The notes under the pieces are model-generated. The model was given only the letters and a program-made list of their open reading frames with translations, had not been told where the DNA came from and ran no database searches. This document shows positions 21,503 through 32,313 of a stretch of DNA of 64,000 bases, in pieces (position 1 is the first letter of the stretch; each line of letters begins with the position of its first letter). The position numbers and the translations under genes were made by a program. The stretch covers positions 128,001 to 192,000 of the forward strand of contig CAVSMN010000015.1 in assembly GCA_963729045.1 (NCBI GenBank). The letters run 5' to 3'. This stretch comes from an uncultured Nitrososphaeraceae archaeon (GTDB taxonomy: Archaea; Thermoproteota; Nitrososphaeria; Nitrososphaerales; Nitrososphaeraceae).

Positions 21503-22859
21503 TATCTAGTTGCTCCTTGGCTTGGCTTGGCTTGGCTGAGTTTGCACCGTACTGATAGGAAGAAATTACATCATTTGGATTGTTAGTATGTTGTTGGTTG
21601 TTATGGAGTGAGTTCTTATCAAGCTCATAGGAAGTGTGGTTATATACCATATTATTATTTTCTAAATCCGTATTCTTTACACCATTCTGACTAGAATCTG
21701 CTACGAGATAGGATTGATTGTTGGGAATAGATGCATTATTTGGGTTTTCTGCACTATTGCTCCTCAGATCAGCGTCATTTTTATCGTCTTGGCTGTTATC
21801 TATCACTTTGAACATACCCATCCAACCCTTTTCTGCAAATTCTGTTTTATGAGCGTGGAACATGTAATTTCCTGGATATTTATACTTGAATTCTAAGATA
21901 CCTCTTTCTCCTTGACTCATAGTTACGATGTCATTTAGCTCCGCAGGAGTTTGACTGGTTCCACTTGGATAATAGTTAAACATGTTAGCGTGCAAATGAA
22001 AGTTGTTTATTGGATCAAACTCTAGCATATTGACGAGATAAATTCTTGTTAGCTCATCCTTTTTGATCTCTATTGGATTGTGCATATAGAAATATGGAAT
22101 TCCATTTACAGTGTAAAAGTTATTTTCCGTGTCAAAGTCGGTATCATAACCATTCATAACCATGACCATTTCATCTGCCTGAGGTCTTGGAGTCTTTGGA
22201 TCAATAATCATCACACCATATAGTCCATGTGTTATATGTTCTTCTAGAGGTGTCATGTGACAATGGTATGGATAAACACCAAATGGTTCAGCCGTAAATT
22301 CATACGTGAACTTGCCCTTTGGGCCAATCATGTCAAAAACCCCGTCCATCTCTGCTGGATGAATTCCGTGGGTGTGCAGTGAATGAGGTTTTGAACCGTT
22401 ATTTATGAAATTGATCTTTAGGTGATCACCTTCTGTAGCTCGAATTGTCGGGCCAGGTATTGTGCCATTGTACGTCCATACATTGTAAAAAACCCCTGGT
22501 GACACTTCTTTTATTTCCGAATCCGAAGCAATTAGTGTGTATTCCCTTAGTGTGGTTCCATTTGGATATTTTGATACGTGTCCATAATTGAATTCACGTA
22601 AATATTGATTCGGATCTACTACTGCATTTTTTGAGTTGCCAGGAATAGAAATTGGATCTAGTATGTCTCCAGTTGATCTGAACACAGGATAGCCTGGAGT
22701 ATGACTTCCGATCATTTTCCTATTGTCGGTCGAGTTTTGAGCATGGGTATCAAAAGATGGATTTAATGGGTTAAGCAGGTAGGTAGACATAATCAAAGCT
22801 ACCGTAATTACAAATACAATTGAAAAAAGGGGCAATGCCAATCGCCTAAAATTTTGCAT
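21492..22859 (-). CDS. Two-domain multicopper oxidase (type-1 Cu ligands in domain 1)
   Basis: HSLHTH, YHCHMTPLEEHITHGLYG, FHLH, MFHAH; N-terminal membrane anchor; Asn-rich tail. Confidence 0.92.
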   Translation of the reverse strand: MQNFRRLALPLFSIVFVITVALIMSTYLLNPLNPSFDTHAQNSTDNRKMIGSHTPGYPVFRSTGDILDPISIPGNSKNAVVDPNQYLREFNYGHVSKYPNGTTLREYTLIASDSEIKEVSPGVFYNVWTYNGTIPGPTIRATEGDHLKINFINNGSKPHSLHTHGIHPAEMDGVFDMIGPKGKFTYEFTAEPFGVYPYHCHMTPLEEHITHGLYGVMIIDPKTPRPQADEMVMVMNGYDTDFDTENNFYTVNGIPYFYMHNPIEIKKDELTRIYLVNMLEFDPINNFHLHANMFNYYPSGTSQTPAELNDIVTMSQGERGILEFKYKYPGNYMFHAHKTEFAEKGWMGMFKVIDNSQDDKNDADLRSNSAENPNNASIPNNQSYLVADSSQNGVKNTDLENNNMVYNHTSYELDKNSLHNNQQHTNNPNDVISSYQYGANSAKPSQAKEQLDNER

Positions 22860-22871
22860 AATCTATATTAC

Positions 22872-22904
22872 TTAACTAGGTTAATAAATGTTAACCTTGG
22901 TTAA
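22872..22904. promoter_or_regulatory. Paired palindromic operator overlapping the MCO-ZIP promoter
   Basis: TTAACTAGGTTAA (22872-22884) and TTAACCTTGGTTAA (22891-22904), around a minus-strand TTTATTAA about 25 nt upstream of the ATG. Confidence 0.65.
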
Positions 22905-23209
22905 GTTTTTCATATTTGAGTTCTATGATCTGCGAACCATACCGTCGATAGGGTAAATCTACGTCCGTTTGAAAATCAAATGGAAATTTCAGTCGTCAAT
23001 TGCTTGAAGTCGGCATATTCTACTTTGATATCTAACAAGTCTAATCTTTTTGGCCCGAAAGTTGGAGAGGGGATCTGAAGAATAATACAAAACAAAACAT
23101 GAAAAGTATCTAATACTCAATCAATGTGTTTGTCTGCAGGACAACTAATTACTAAAAACAAGTGTCATGTTTTCCTATAAGACAAAAAAATCGTTAGTTT
23201 TAGATTAAT

Positions 23210-24133
23210 TCAGACAGGTTGAATTTCTCTGATACTAAGATTCTTAAAATCAAAAGCTACGTTGTCTGCTCTGAAACTTGCTATGGGTCCTGAATTAGTT
23301 ATGACGTAGTCCTTGGGTTTATTGCAATTTGCACTGCTAAATTCTTTATCTGAACTATTGGCAAACCAGCCACCATCATCAGTAATCTCGTTAACCTTCT
23401 TCCATACATTATCATTATTATCATCAATAAATGATTCCATTTTGACACTACTATCATTATCCTGGTTGTAAATTATTATCTTCCATCCGATCCATCTATC
23501 TAACAGAGGATTCTCAGTTGCCTTAGCGGAACCTCTAGAATCGGTGTATCCGCCGGTATGCCAGATTTCCTTCTTCCAAGCTGCCTCCATGTTTACCACG
23601 TCAATTCCTCCATTTAATGCGGTTCCTTCACAAGGATTTTGATTATTATGTGAGCCTCCCCGTGCACGCCATGTAAAATCAGGAGCCAAAGACTCCGAGT
23701 CCCCATTATCGGTTCCTCCTTCATTTTCTTGATTGGTATCATAAACTGACTTTATCTTGACATAACCAGTCATCTCAATATTTTTCCATGGTTGTGCATT
23801 AGCTGGAGTATTTACATTCATTCTTATCTGAGTATCATTGATTGACCAGGATAAACCATCTTCTGAATTCTTAACTATGGGAACATTTGATGTAATTGAG
23901 AAGGACTCGTCACTAAGAGGATCTTGCATGTCAATAAACCACTCTCTTCCATCTTTTGCTGTGGGATAAATCTCCTCAACTCCAAAAATATCTTTGCCTT
24001 CAGGAGTGATTACTTTTTGAGGCTCTGGTTGCTTCTCTCTCAATACAACTATCTCATAGTAATAGTAATATATTAGAATAATCGTTATGATTGTCAAACC
24101 TACTATAGCCAGATGAGGTTTTTTTATAATCAA
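23210..24133 (-). CDS. Membrane-anchored extracellular protein, possibly carbohydrate-binding beta-sandwich
   Basis: N-terminal TM helix; Trp/Gly-rich beta-strand pattern (WKNIEMTGYVK, RWIGWK, DDGGW, SFRADN); function is a guess. Confidence 0.6.
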   Translation of the reverse strand: MIIKKPHLAIVGLTIITIILIYYYYYEIVVLREKQPEPQKVITPEGKDIFGVEEIYPTAKDGREWFIDMQDPLSDESFSITSNVPIVKNSEDGLSWSINDTQIRMNVNTPANAQPWKNIEMTGYVKIKSVYDTNQENEGGTDNGDSESLAPDFTWRARGGSHNNQNPCEGTALNGGIDVVNMEAAWKKEIWHTGGYTDSRGSAKATENPLLDRWIGWKIIIYNQDNDSSVKMESFIDDNNDNVWKKVNEITDDGGWFANSSDKEFSSANCNKPKDYVITNSGPIASFRADNVAFDFKNLSIREIQPV

Positions 24134-24387
24134 CCTATAATTTGTTATTTTGAACCATTTTTAAACTTTGGTACTTTACATTTATTTGGCAGTAAAGGCC
24201 TAATTTTGAGCCAAAGTTTGAATGGCTCTCATCTTTTTTCTCTTGGCTCTAGATTAAAAGACCTTTGATTATCTATTAATTCTTAACCTAGTTAGTAAGG
24301 CAAATACATTCTAAAAACCTAATTTAATTAATAAACCAAATTGTATATTAATTAGGAATGCTCTATTCAAGTATCTTATGAATTCTA

Positions 24388-25057
24388 ATGAGGAATTATA
24401 ATGAAATGAAATCTGAAACCTTTTCACAATCTGATCCAAAAAGAAAAATACTGTATTATCTTAAAGTCATGAAGCAAGCAGGATTAAAGGACTTGTCAAA
24501 AGTTATGAAGATTTCTAGAATGGCTGTACACAAGCATTTGAGTGACTTACAAGATAGAGGGTTGGTTGAAAGCGCGGAAATTCGAAAAGGCGTGGGGAGA
24601 CCTACAATGCAATATTCATTAACAAGTACTGGTAAAACTGCATTTCCAAAATCATATGGTGAAATAGCAACACATGCTTTGGACTATCGTAGAAAAAAAA
24701 ATGGGTAAGGATGCAGTAGAGTCGGTATTGCGGGAGCGTCAAAAGGAGTTATTAGAAAAATATAGTATTCGTATGAAAGATATGAAATTCAATGAAAAAG
24801 TAAAAGAATTAGCAAGGATTAGGGATGAAGAAGGCTATATCGCCGAATCCAAAAAAGACAGAAAACGCAATTCTCATACTCTACTGGAGTACAATTGTCC
24901 AATAATAATGATAGCAGAAAAACATTGGGAGGCTTGCTCCATTGAAACAGAATTATTCGAACATGTACTGGATGCTAAAGTAGAAGTAACCCATAGAGCA
25001 GCCAAAGGAGATTCAATTTGTAAGTTCTTGATTAAAGAAAAGAGCGAGTATCTCTAA
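24388..25057 (+). CDS. Winged-HTH transcriptional regulator, SufR-like; frameshift in the A-run at 24691-24701
   Basis: ISRMAVHKHLSDL, GVGRP, FPKSY, EGYIAE, EYNCPI, ACSIE, GDSICKF (three-Cys pattern of SufR-like proteins). Confidence 0.8.
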
Positions 25058-25205
25058 TTTTTGTTCTAGTCACCTATTTAACATCTGTGAATTCTAATTT
25101 ATATAATTTGTAAACTATTATATTTATAAATTACCATAACGAATATGAATGTGTGAATAAAACAAATTATACTTTTCGGATCAATATAGGTGGTAGTTAC
25201 TAGAG

Positions 25206-25796
25206 ATGACCTTAAGGGTTCTAGGTGTTGGATCTAGTATGAGGCGAGATTCTTTTAGCACTGAAACTTTGAAGATCATATTAAACAAAGTTAACAAAAA
25301 TGGCGCAGATACTAGATTATTGAATCTCTATTCAAATCCTTTGCCCATGTATACTGCAGAATACAATGAAAAATTAGGTGGCATTAAACAAGCCGTTGAA
25401 TTGGTTAACTGGGCTGATGCTATTGTTCTTGCAACACCAGACTACCATGGTTCAATGGCAGGATCACTGAAAAACTTTTTAGATTACTTTTGGGCAGAGT
25501 TTGCCGGAAAGACATTTGGGTACTTTTGCTCCTCGCATGAAAAAGGCTTGACTGTAATGGATCAGATGAGAACTGCTATAAGGCAATGCTACGGTTGGAG
25601 TTTACCATATGGGATATCTATAAACTCAAATCAGGATTTTAATGCGGACCGCGAGATCATAAACTCTCAATTGCTCGGTAGACTTGAAAGTTTTGCAAGA
25701 GACTTGGTAGTATATGGTGGCTTAATTAGCAATCAATTTAAAAAGGATTTGAATTCAACAATACGAAATTCTTATGCAGTACACTACAGAAAGTAA
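25206..25796 (+). CDS. NADPH-dependent FMN reductase family protein
   Basis: GSSMRRDS, ADAIVLATPDYHGSMAGSLKNFLD. Confidence 0.9.
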   Translation: MTLRVLGVGSSMRRDSFSTETLKIILNKVNKNGADTRLLNLYSNPLPMYTAEYNEKLGGIKQAVELVNWADAIVLATPDYHGSMAGSLKNFLDYFWAEFAGKTFGYFCSSHEKGLTVMDQMRTAIRQCYGWSLPYGISINSNQDFNADREIINSQLLGRLESFARDLVVYGGLISNQFKKDLNSTIRNSYAVHYRK

Positions 25797-26022
25797 AAGC
25801 GGAATATTGGTCCCACACAATCAAGAACAAAGATATTTTGACTTTATTTCCTAGTAACAGGCTAAGATGATAAATAACCAATATTTCTTGAAATCCATTT
25901 AATAAAAAAGACACAATGTGAGTAGTTTTGGTAGCATGGGATTTAACTCTGCGTTAAAACTTAAACCACACTGTAACTCCTTTCCTAAGATACTTTGAAT
26001 AAAAAAAGGTAATAGCAAGAAT

Positions 26023-26961
26023 TTATTTTGCCTTGAAAGTTTTTTTTAATAGTAAAATCCCCACATAATAAGGAATATTGAAAAATGCAGCTAACGCAGC
26101 GACCTCAGTTCCAAAGAATTGTTGAGCAAACACCACTATCAAAATATTGTTAATGTATATCATTGAAATCATTGTTGATATTCTATCATCCTTTGATAGA
26201 CCCATCAACCTGGAGATGCCATAACCTGTCAATCCATAATAACCAAATAATATAAACGCTAAAATGATATTTTCTACAGTTACGAGGGAATTGGAAAAAA
26301 AGAAATAAGAATATTTGGCAAAAACCCCTAGATTGATTAGAAAAATGAAAACAAGTGAGAGGTTTAGTGATTGTTTATTGATTAGATCCGTGAGTTTAGG
26401 GGAAATCTTTTTTAAAAGCTGACTAGCTATCAAAGGCAGCATTAAAGCTACCAATAGAAGTACTATCATGTCGAAAATAGGAATTGCAAAGTTGCTACTA
26501 AAAAATAGAAATATTAAAATAGGTAACAAAAATGGAACAGTTAATGAAGTTGCTATTATTAATCCTACCACTATTGGTAATCTGCCTCCAACAAAGTTTA
26601 CAACAAAGGGTGATCCTAGCCCTGTTGATATGCCCGATAATAAAAACACTGACAACATTAAATTTGCACTTATAGGAACAATGGTAAGTGAAAACAGGTT
26701 CATTATTGCGTATAAACCGACCGGAATTAACACTAGTTTCGCTATTGTAAGTATTATCAGATTCTTCGGATGGGAAAACACTGTATAAAGTTCTGACAGA
26801 TTTATATTGATTAGATTAAACAAAAGTAAGAGTCCAAGCCACAATAACAAGTACGGTTCTACCAGGATTCCTATATTTGGGAATAATAAACCTAATATTG
26901 TCGAAAATAGCACCGATAAACCTAGGTAATAAAAAGTGCGACTAGAATTCGTCATGTGCAT
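26023..26961 (-). CDS. Bile acid:sodium symporter (BASS/Acr3-like) family transporter
   Basis: About 9-10 hydrophobic helices, 312 aa, GLGSPFVVNFVGG and YINN motifs. Confidence 0.7.
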   Translation of the reverse strand: MHMTNSSRTFYYLGLSVLFSTILGLLFPNIGILVEPYLLLWLGLLLLFNLININLSELYTVFSHPKNLIILTIAKLVLIPVGLYAIMNLFSLTIVPISANLMLSVFLLSGISTGLGSPFVVNFVGGRLPIVVGLIIATSLTVPFLLPILIFLFFSSNFAIPIFDMIVLLLVALMLPLIASQLLKKISPKLTDLINKQSLNLSLVFIFLINLGVFAKYSYFFFSNSLVTVENIILAFILFGYYGLTGYGISRLMGLSKDDRISTMISMIYINNILIVVFAQQFFGTEVAALAAFFNIPYYVGILLLKKTFKAK

Positions 26962-27230
26962 TTGTCATATCACCGCCATTATCATCAAATAGGTTTATTG
27001 AATAAAAAAGTTAGACATTGCAACACCCTGGAGTAATTCTACATCCCTTTCAAGAGTATTTTTGTTATATTCGTCTTCTTTGCTTTCTAAGATTTCAATT
27101 TTTGAAATAAACATCAATTTTTGTATCTTGACAATGAAATATTTTTGCTGGTTCATGGAATTTGCACCAAAAAGATTCCTTTTACATAGAGAGAACCGAA
27201 TTCATTTTCTAATAACCCACTATGTTACCA

Positions 27231-27587
27231 CTATAGTAACTTTAAATGCCCAGTCAATTTATCCAATTTTGTTGAATAATCTGGACCAAACCCGCAACAT
27301 GTCAAGGTGTTAGGTTCTATCTGAGTTTTTCCAGCATCTCTGATCACTGTAGTAATGATACCATATGCTTGAGCCTTTTTTATTATATCTATTAGTTCTC
27401 TTTCCGATTGGATCTTTAATACTGCTTTTTTTTGACCACCGTAATTAAACCAATTAGCAACATGGTCTGGGTTTTGCCACACTACAGAACTACATGCATG
27501 TCCTACTTGGCCAGCAATTTTTCCGACACCCATTCCAAGATCTTTTCTTACTACTACTACGTATTTTATGTCGTCACTGCTGTTCAA
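27231..27587 (-). CDS. pth2: Peptidyl-tRNA hydrolase Pth2
   Basis: VRKDLGMGVGKIAGQVGHA, GQKKAVLK, IRDAGKTQIEPNT, DKLTGHLKLL. Confidence 0.96.
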   Translation of the reverse strand: MNSSDDIKYVVVVRKDLGMGVGKIAGQVGHACSSVVWQNPDHVANWFNYGGQKKAVLKIQSERELIDIIKKAQAYGIITTVIRDAGKTQIEPNTLTCCGFGPDYSTKLDKLTGHLKLL

Positions 27588-27950
27588 TAATCTAAAAATG
27601 AGAATGAATTATATAAATTAAGCAAGATGGTAAATATGAATATTCTTGAAAATCTGCTAATTCTATCAATCTAATCCAAAGAATGTACGTTTCTCTGCAA
27701 TATTTCTAATAGATTGATGCATTTACTGCTCTCCTGTTTAGCTACTATGATTTCTATAAAACAATGCATCAGATTGCAATTGACAATTTTATTAACAAGA
27801 GCATAAGCTATGAAGAATAGTTACGATTTTATGAATTAATACCTTCTTCCTAAAAATGGTACTGTCATAAAGATTCACTATTGTTACCTCAGTTACATAT
27901 CAACTATGGTGATATATTTAGCTGGAGAAAAAAATCAATTCATATCTTAA

Positions 27951-28820
27951 TTAGTCGTCTTTATTTCCATCTGATGTCATTTTCTTTTTCATTATGAAGC
28001 TTATCTTACCGTTCGATTCCAATCGGGCATACTTAATTTCACTTGCATCTTCTAATCCGTTTAATCTCATTTCGGCCTCAAATTCTGCTTTATCCATTTT
28101 GGCTTTCTTTAGACCGTCATTGACAATCGATCCATGTTCTACTAACAAGATTGGTTTAGGTTCTATGGATTCTCTAAATCGCCTACTCTTTAAAGTCAAA
28201 TAGTCAATTACTTTAAAGAATATAACTGCAATTATGACGGCAGCCATAGCCTGTGGGATAGATATTTCTTTATAAATCATAGGATCGCCAATCGCTGATC
28301 CCAATCCAACTACGATTAATAATCCAAAAGGAGATAACTGCCCGATTCCTTTTCCACCAAGCCATTTTACTATAACAAAAACCAAAGTGGCGATTATTGC
28401 AGTTCTTATGATTACAGATAAAATAGAAGATGGGTCTGGAATTAAAGCGTCATAAATTACTTTGTAAGGTGAGGTACGAGAGTCCGCACTCTGTCCACCA
28501 CCGTCAGTCCCAGATTCCTGTGATTCAGATGACGTTGCGGATGACACGTTATTTAGCATTAGTTGTTCTGAAATACTATTATCGTTTGTACTATTGTTAC
28601 TACTGTTTTCTTCCACATGCAGTAAGCTTGAACTGTCTCGAGTTTTTGTCTTATAGGATGAAGAATCTTGTTCTAATACTGTGTTTAGTGTGACTGAAAT
28701 ACTATTAATCTGATAAACAAGAATTCCAAAAATTACTATCATTATTGCTAGCGGTATGACTGTTATTATTATCCATATTCTTGAATTATTTATCAATCTA
28801 TCAAGTGGGTATGCTATCAT
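27951..28820 (-). CDS. DUF421/YetF-family membrane protein
   Basis: GGKGIGQLSPF, IEPKPILLVEHG, ARLESNGKIS. Confidence 0.85.
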   Translation of the reverse strand: MIAYPLDRLINNSRIWIIITVIPLAIMIVIFGILVYQINSISVTLNTVLEQDSSSYKTKTRDSSSLLHVEENSSNNSTNDNSISEQLMLNNVSSATSSESQESGTDGGGQSADSRTSPYKVIYDALIPDPSSILSVIIRTAIIATLVFVIVKWLGGKGIGQLSPFGLLIVVGLGSAIGDPMIYKEISIPQAMAAVIIAVIFFKVIDYLTLKSRRFRESIEPKPILLVEHGSIVNDGLKKAKMDKAEFEAEMRLNGLEDASEIKYARLESNGKISFIMKKKMTSDGNKDD

Positions 28821-29256
28821 ATATGTTAATGTTAGTAACTACAATCAAATAGCAAAATTTCTAGGTGTCTAAAATTTAGTTATATGTTTTAAAAAAATTG
28901 ATAACGAAATTTCAACGTTTCTGCTTTGGTAAAGTCTTTTACATGCTAAACTGGTACAATCGAATTAGTCGGGTGTCCGTATGTGTGTAATCAATTACAT
29001 TTGTTAACATAAAATACATGTCTTTAGATATTTTACTAATATACAATTTGGTTGGGTGTCATCGTCTAATTGTCTTTTATTATGAACCTTTATCGATGTA
29101 AAGTCAGAAAAATCATTGCAAGTTAGTTTACTTTCATGACATTTTCGATATTTGCAAAAAGAGGATAATTAAGATACATTTTTTGTAAAGACAACTGGAT
29201 AGGGATACAAATTGATACTTGGTTTCTTATAACCTTTGTAGATTAAGATTTCATAG

Positions 29257-31062
29257 ATGCAAGATACCAAACCCATCGGAATTACCTTCGTATCTGAAAA
29301 TTTTTCAAATTCCATAGATTCGTTTTGGATCATAGTCAAACCTGAAATCCTGATAAATCCTTTTGACTTTATTAGTGTGGATAATGTTCAAAGCACCAAA
29401 ACTATTGGAATGGTTAAAGAACTCAAGAGGATCTATATAGATAGAGAAACTATTTCTAAAAATCAATATTCCTCTCAGTTTGATCTACTTTTAAATACGG
29501 AGGAGAAGGTGGGTGATGGCATGACAGTGGCAAAGGTTGATGTGATTGCCAATCGTCAATTTCACACGATTCAAGAGGAATTTTCTTCAAATACTTCAAG
29601 TCTCAATAAAATACCACTAAAACCAAAAAATTGGAGCATTAACATGCCCGTTCAAGAAGGAAAACTTGTTACTTTTGCAACTGCCGAGGAAGTCATTTCA
29701 TCTCTTGGAATTCCAGAAATGGAACATCCTATTCCTGCAGGAGTGATTTCGATGACTAACAATGCTAAAATACCCATAGATCTAGATGTAACGTACATTT
29801 TTGGGCCTGATACCACTCATGTTAACGCCACAGGAATCTCAGGGAACATGAAGACTGGCTACCTCCTATTTTTGTTACAGGTCCTTCACCAAAAACTATC
29901 GGAAGAAGGTATTTCTATAATTTTATTTAATACCAAAGAAAAAGATCTTTTATACATAGATAAAGAAAGAGATGAAGCCTATACTAGTGAGGATAAAAAT
30001 GAACTGGATATACTTGGTTTGAATTTAACACCATTTAACAATGTAAAATATTTTCTCCCAAGGGGAAAAGATGGTAAACCAAATTCTGCACATATTCCTG
30101 AGAAAAACTATTTCACATATTCTTTTGAATTATCAGATGTTTATGATCGCTTGGAATTGTTATTTTCCTCTGAAACAACTCTAGATCCTCAACACAATAT
30201 TTCATCAATCCTAAATTACATTTATGAATTATGGCCCAACTTGAGCCAAGGGGGTGATGATAAGGCAAGTCCTCACAAACTTGCAACCTGGACGGACTTG
30301 ATTAATTTTAGTGAATTTCCTGGAGAAATCGTTACCCATAAAAATACGTTGTTAAAGTTTCAAGGGATGATGCAAAAATATAGAAAGCCATCAACTCTAT
30401 TTGTAGATAAAAAGGTAACAAGCAGATATCTTGGTAATGAAATTAAAAAAATGAAGAAAAATGAAGTGTTTGTGATAGATATAGCTATGCTGCCTACATT
30501 AGACGAACAAGCATTTGTAGTTGGAGATGTAATGAAAACGATAAACGAGATGTACTCCCTTGGCCATGCAAATACTCCTGCTGACGATTATGAGGGTGGT
30601 AGTGATGGTAGTGTTGGTGAAAATGATGATGAAAAACAGAGGACAAAAACAGAGTTGACAAAAAAACCAAAATATATTGTAATCTTTATCGACGAAATTA
30701 ACAGATTTTTACCACGGGGGGAATCAGGTAATACGGGTCTAGGAATATCAATGTCTAATCGTTCGGCTGTTGCCGAAGAATTATTAAAAACCTTAATCAC
30801 AGGCAAGTCCAGACATTGCATACTTTTCTCTGCTCAACAATTCAAAAGTCAAATTGATCAGAGCATTAACGAAAATACTGGTTTACATGTTATCACCAAG
30901 TTGGGTTTGTCCGAACTTGCTTCAAAATCTTATTCAATGGTAGACGATGCTACCAAATCAGTTATTAGCAAATTACACAAAGGTGAGTTTATTTTGGTAC
31001 ATCCTGCCTTTAGACATCCTATCAAAATTGCTATACCAAAACCTACATTCAAAAAACCATGA
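29257..31062 (+). CDS. HerA/FtsK-superfamily ATPase with N-terminal HAS-barrel-like region
   Basis: HVNATGISGNMKT (variant Walker A), FNTKEKDLL, IFIDEINRF (Walker B), LFSAQQF, HPAFRHP. Confidence 0.75.
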   Translation: MQDTKPIGITFVSENFSNSIDSFWIIVKPEILINPFDFISVDNVQSTKTIGMVKELKRIYIDRETISKNQYSSQFDLLLNTEEKVGDGMTVAKVDVIANRQFHTIQEEFSSNTSSLNKIPLKPKNWSINMPVQEGKLVTFATAEEVISSLGIPEMEHPIPAGVISMTNNAKIPIDLDVTYIFGPDTTHVNATGISGNMKTGYLLFLLQVLHQKLSEEGISIILFNTKEKDLLYIDKERDEAYTSEDKNELDILGLNLTPFNNVKYFLPRGKDGKPNSAHIPEKNYFTYSFELSDVYDRLELLFSSETTLDPQHNISSILNYIYELWPNLSQGGDDKASPHKLATWTDLINFSEFPGEIVTHKNTLLKFQGMMQKYRKPSTLFVDKKVTSRYLGNEIKKMKKNEVFVIDIAMLPTLDEQAFVVGDVMKTINEMYSLGHANTPADDYEGGSDGSVGENDDEKQRTKTELTKKPKYIVIFIDEINRFLPRGESGNTGLGISMSNRSAVAEELLKTLITGKSRHCILFSAQQFKSQIDQSINENTGLHVITKLGLSELASKSYSMVDDATKSVISKLHKGEFILVHPAFRHPIKIAIPKPTFKKP

Positions 31063-31208
31063 CCTTGACTTGACTAGAATGCATCGGCTGAATTTGTAGT
31101 ATTATGTGTGTAGGGAGAGTCAATCAATTTGAAGAATTTAGTTCAGAACGCTTTCATTGTGAAAGTATTTAATGTTTGCTTTCAAATTATTAAATAAGAT
31201 AATACTAT

Positions 31209-32089
31209 ATGAGATTTGTTCAAATATCTGACTTACATATTGGTGGTTTATTTAAAAAGGATGTCTTTGATACTTTAGTAGATGAGGTAAATAATGAATT
31301 AAAACCTGATGTCATTATTATTTCAGGAGATTTAACTGATGACGGACTATTCTTTCAGTTCGAACAGGCACAGCACGAAATAAAAAAATTCTCATGCAAG
31401 AATCTAATAATTTTTCCAGGAAACCATGATTATAGGCACACTGGCTATCTTTTATTTAGACAATTCTTTCCGGTTTCTGCGCCAAGTGGTTCGAGGGTTT
31501 ACAAGTATAATAATCCAAAGAACAAGAACCAAACAGTAATAGTTACTACGGTTGGAACTGCAAGAGCAGATAGAGATGAGGGTGAAGTTGGATATAGACA
31601 AAACCTATGGTTAAACAAGATTCTAAAAAAATATCATATTCCGAGACCTTCTACTAATCAGAAACAACAAACACAAAAACCTCAAGATAAGATATAAGAC
31701 AATAATAAAGATTGTTGCAATGCATCACCACTTGATTGCCATACCTGATACAGGTTATACAAATGTAGTAGGAATATCTGATGCAGGTGATGTTTTAAGG
31801 ACATGTCTGGCTAATGATGTTGATATTGTTATCTGTGGTCACAAGCACAGACCTTGGATATGGGATCTGAGGTACAATGAAAATAGCCTATGCCGGCACA
31901 GCTTGCTCTTGGAGATATAGGGGGATTTTTGAGGATACCTATAATATTATAGATATAGGAGAGGATGGCAAAATCGAAATAGATATCAAAATAGTTGGGG
32001 GAAAAAGAATGCCATTGTCTGAGGTAGTTAATCAGTATAATCCGGAGGATAGGGTAACACGAATTGCCGATATGATGTCACCAGATTAA
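31209..32089 (+). CDS. Calcineurin-like metallophosphoesterase (Icc/CpdA-like); 2 frameshifts
   Basis: SDLH, SGDLT, GNHD, MHHH and GHKH motifs spread over three consecutive ORFs. Confidence 0.88.
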
Positions 32090-32313
32090 ATAACAGTTAA
32101 ATTATTATCGAGATTTCCTGGCAAGCCATTACAGATTTATTATTACATTATATTAAATGTTAGGATCCTAAAATAGAGGTATGCATAATAATGAAAATTC
32201 AAAATTTGTAGCAACGACTGTTGGCTTTTAGTTTTAAAGATGTTTTATCCAGATATTTGTTTGAGTGAATTATAGAGAATTAATATCTTTTTTACCAAAG
32301 TGCTACTGAATTT

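Noticed and set aside
21492..22859. Copper nitrite reductase NirK
   Set aside because: Four HxH-type motifs fit a trinuclear-site two-domain MCO, and the ZIP/DtxR context supports metal handling
24685..24705. Programmed ribosomal frameshift at the A-run in the SufR-like gene
   Set aside because: Homopolymer indel is more parsimonious given the window-wide error pattern
6614..31062. Sir2-HerA antiphage system
   Set aside because: The genes are about 22 kb apart and the sirtuin is a zinc-binding CobB-type deacylase, not a defence SIR2 NADase
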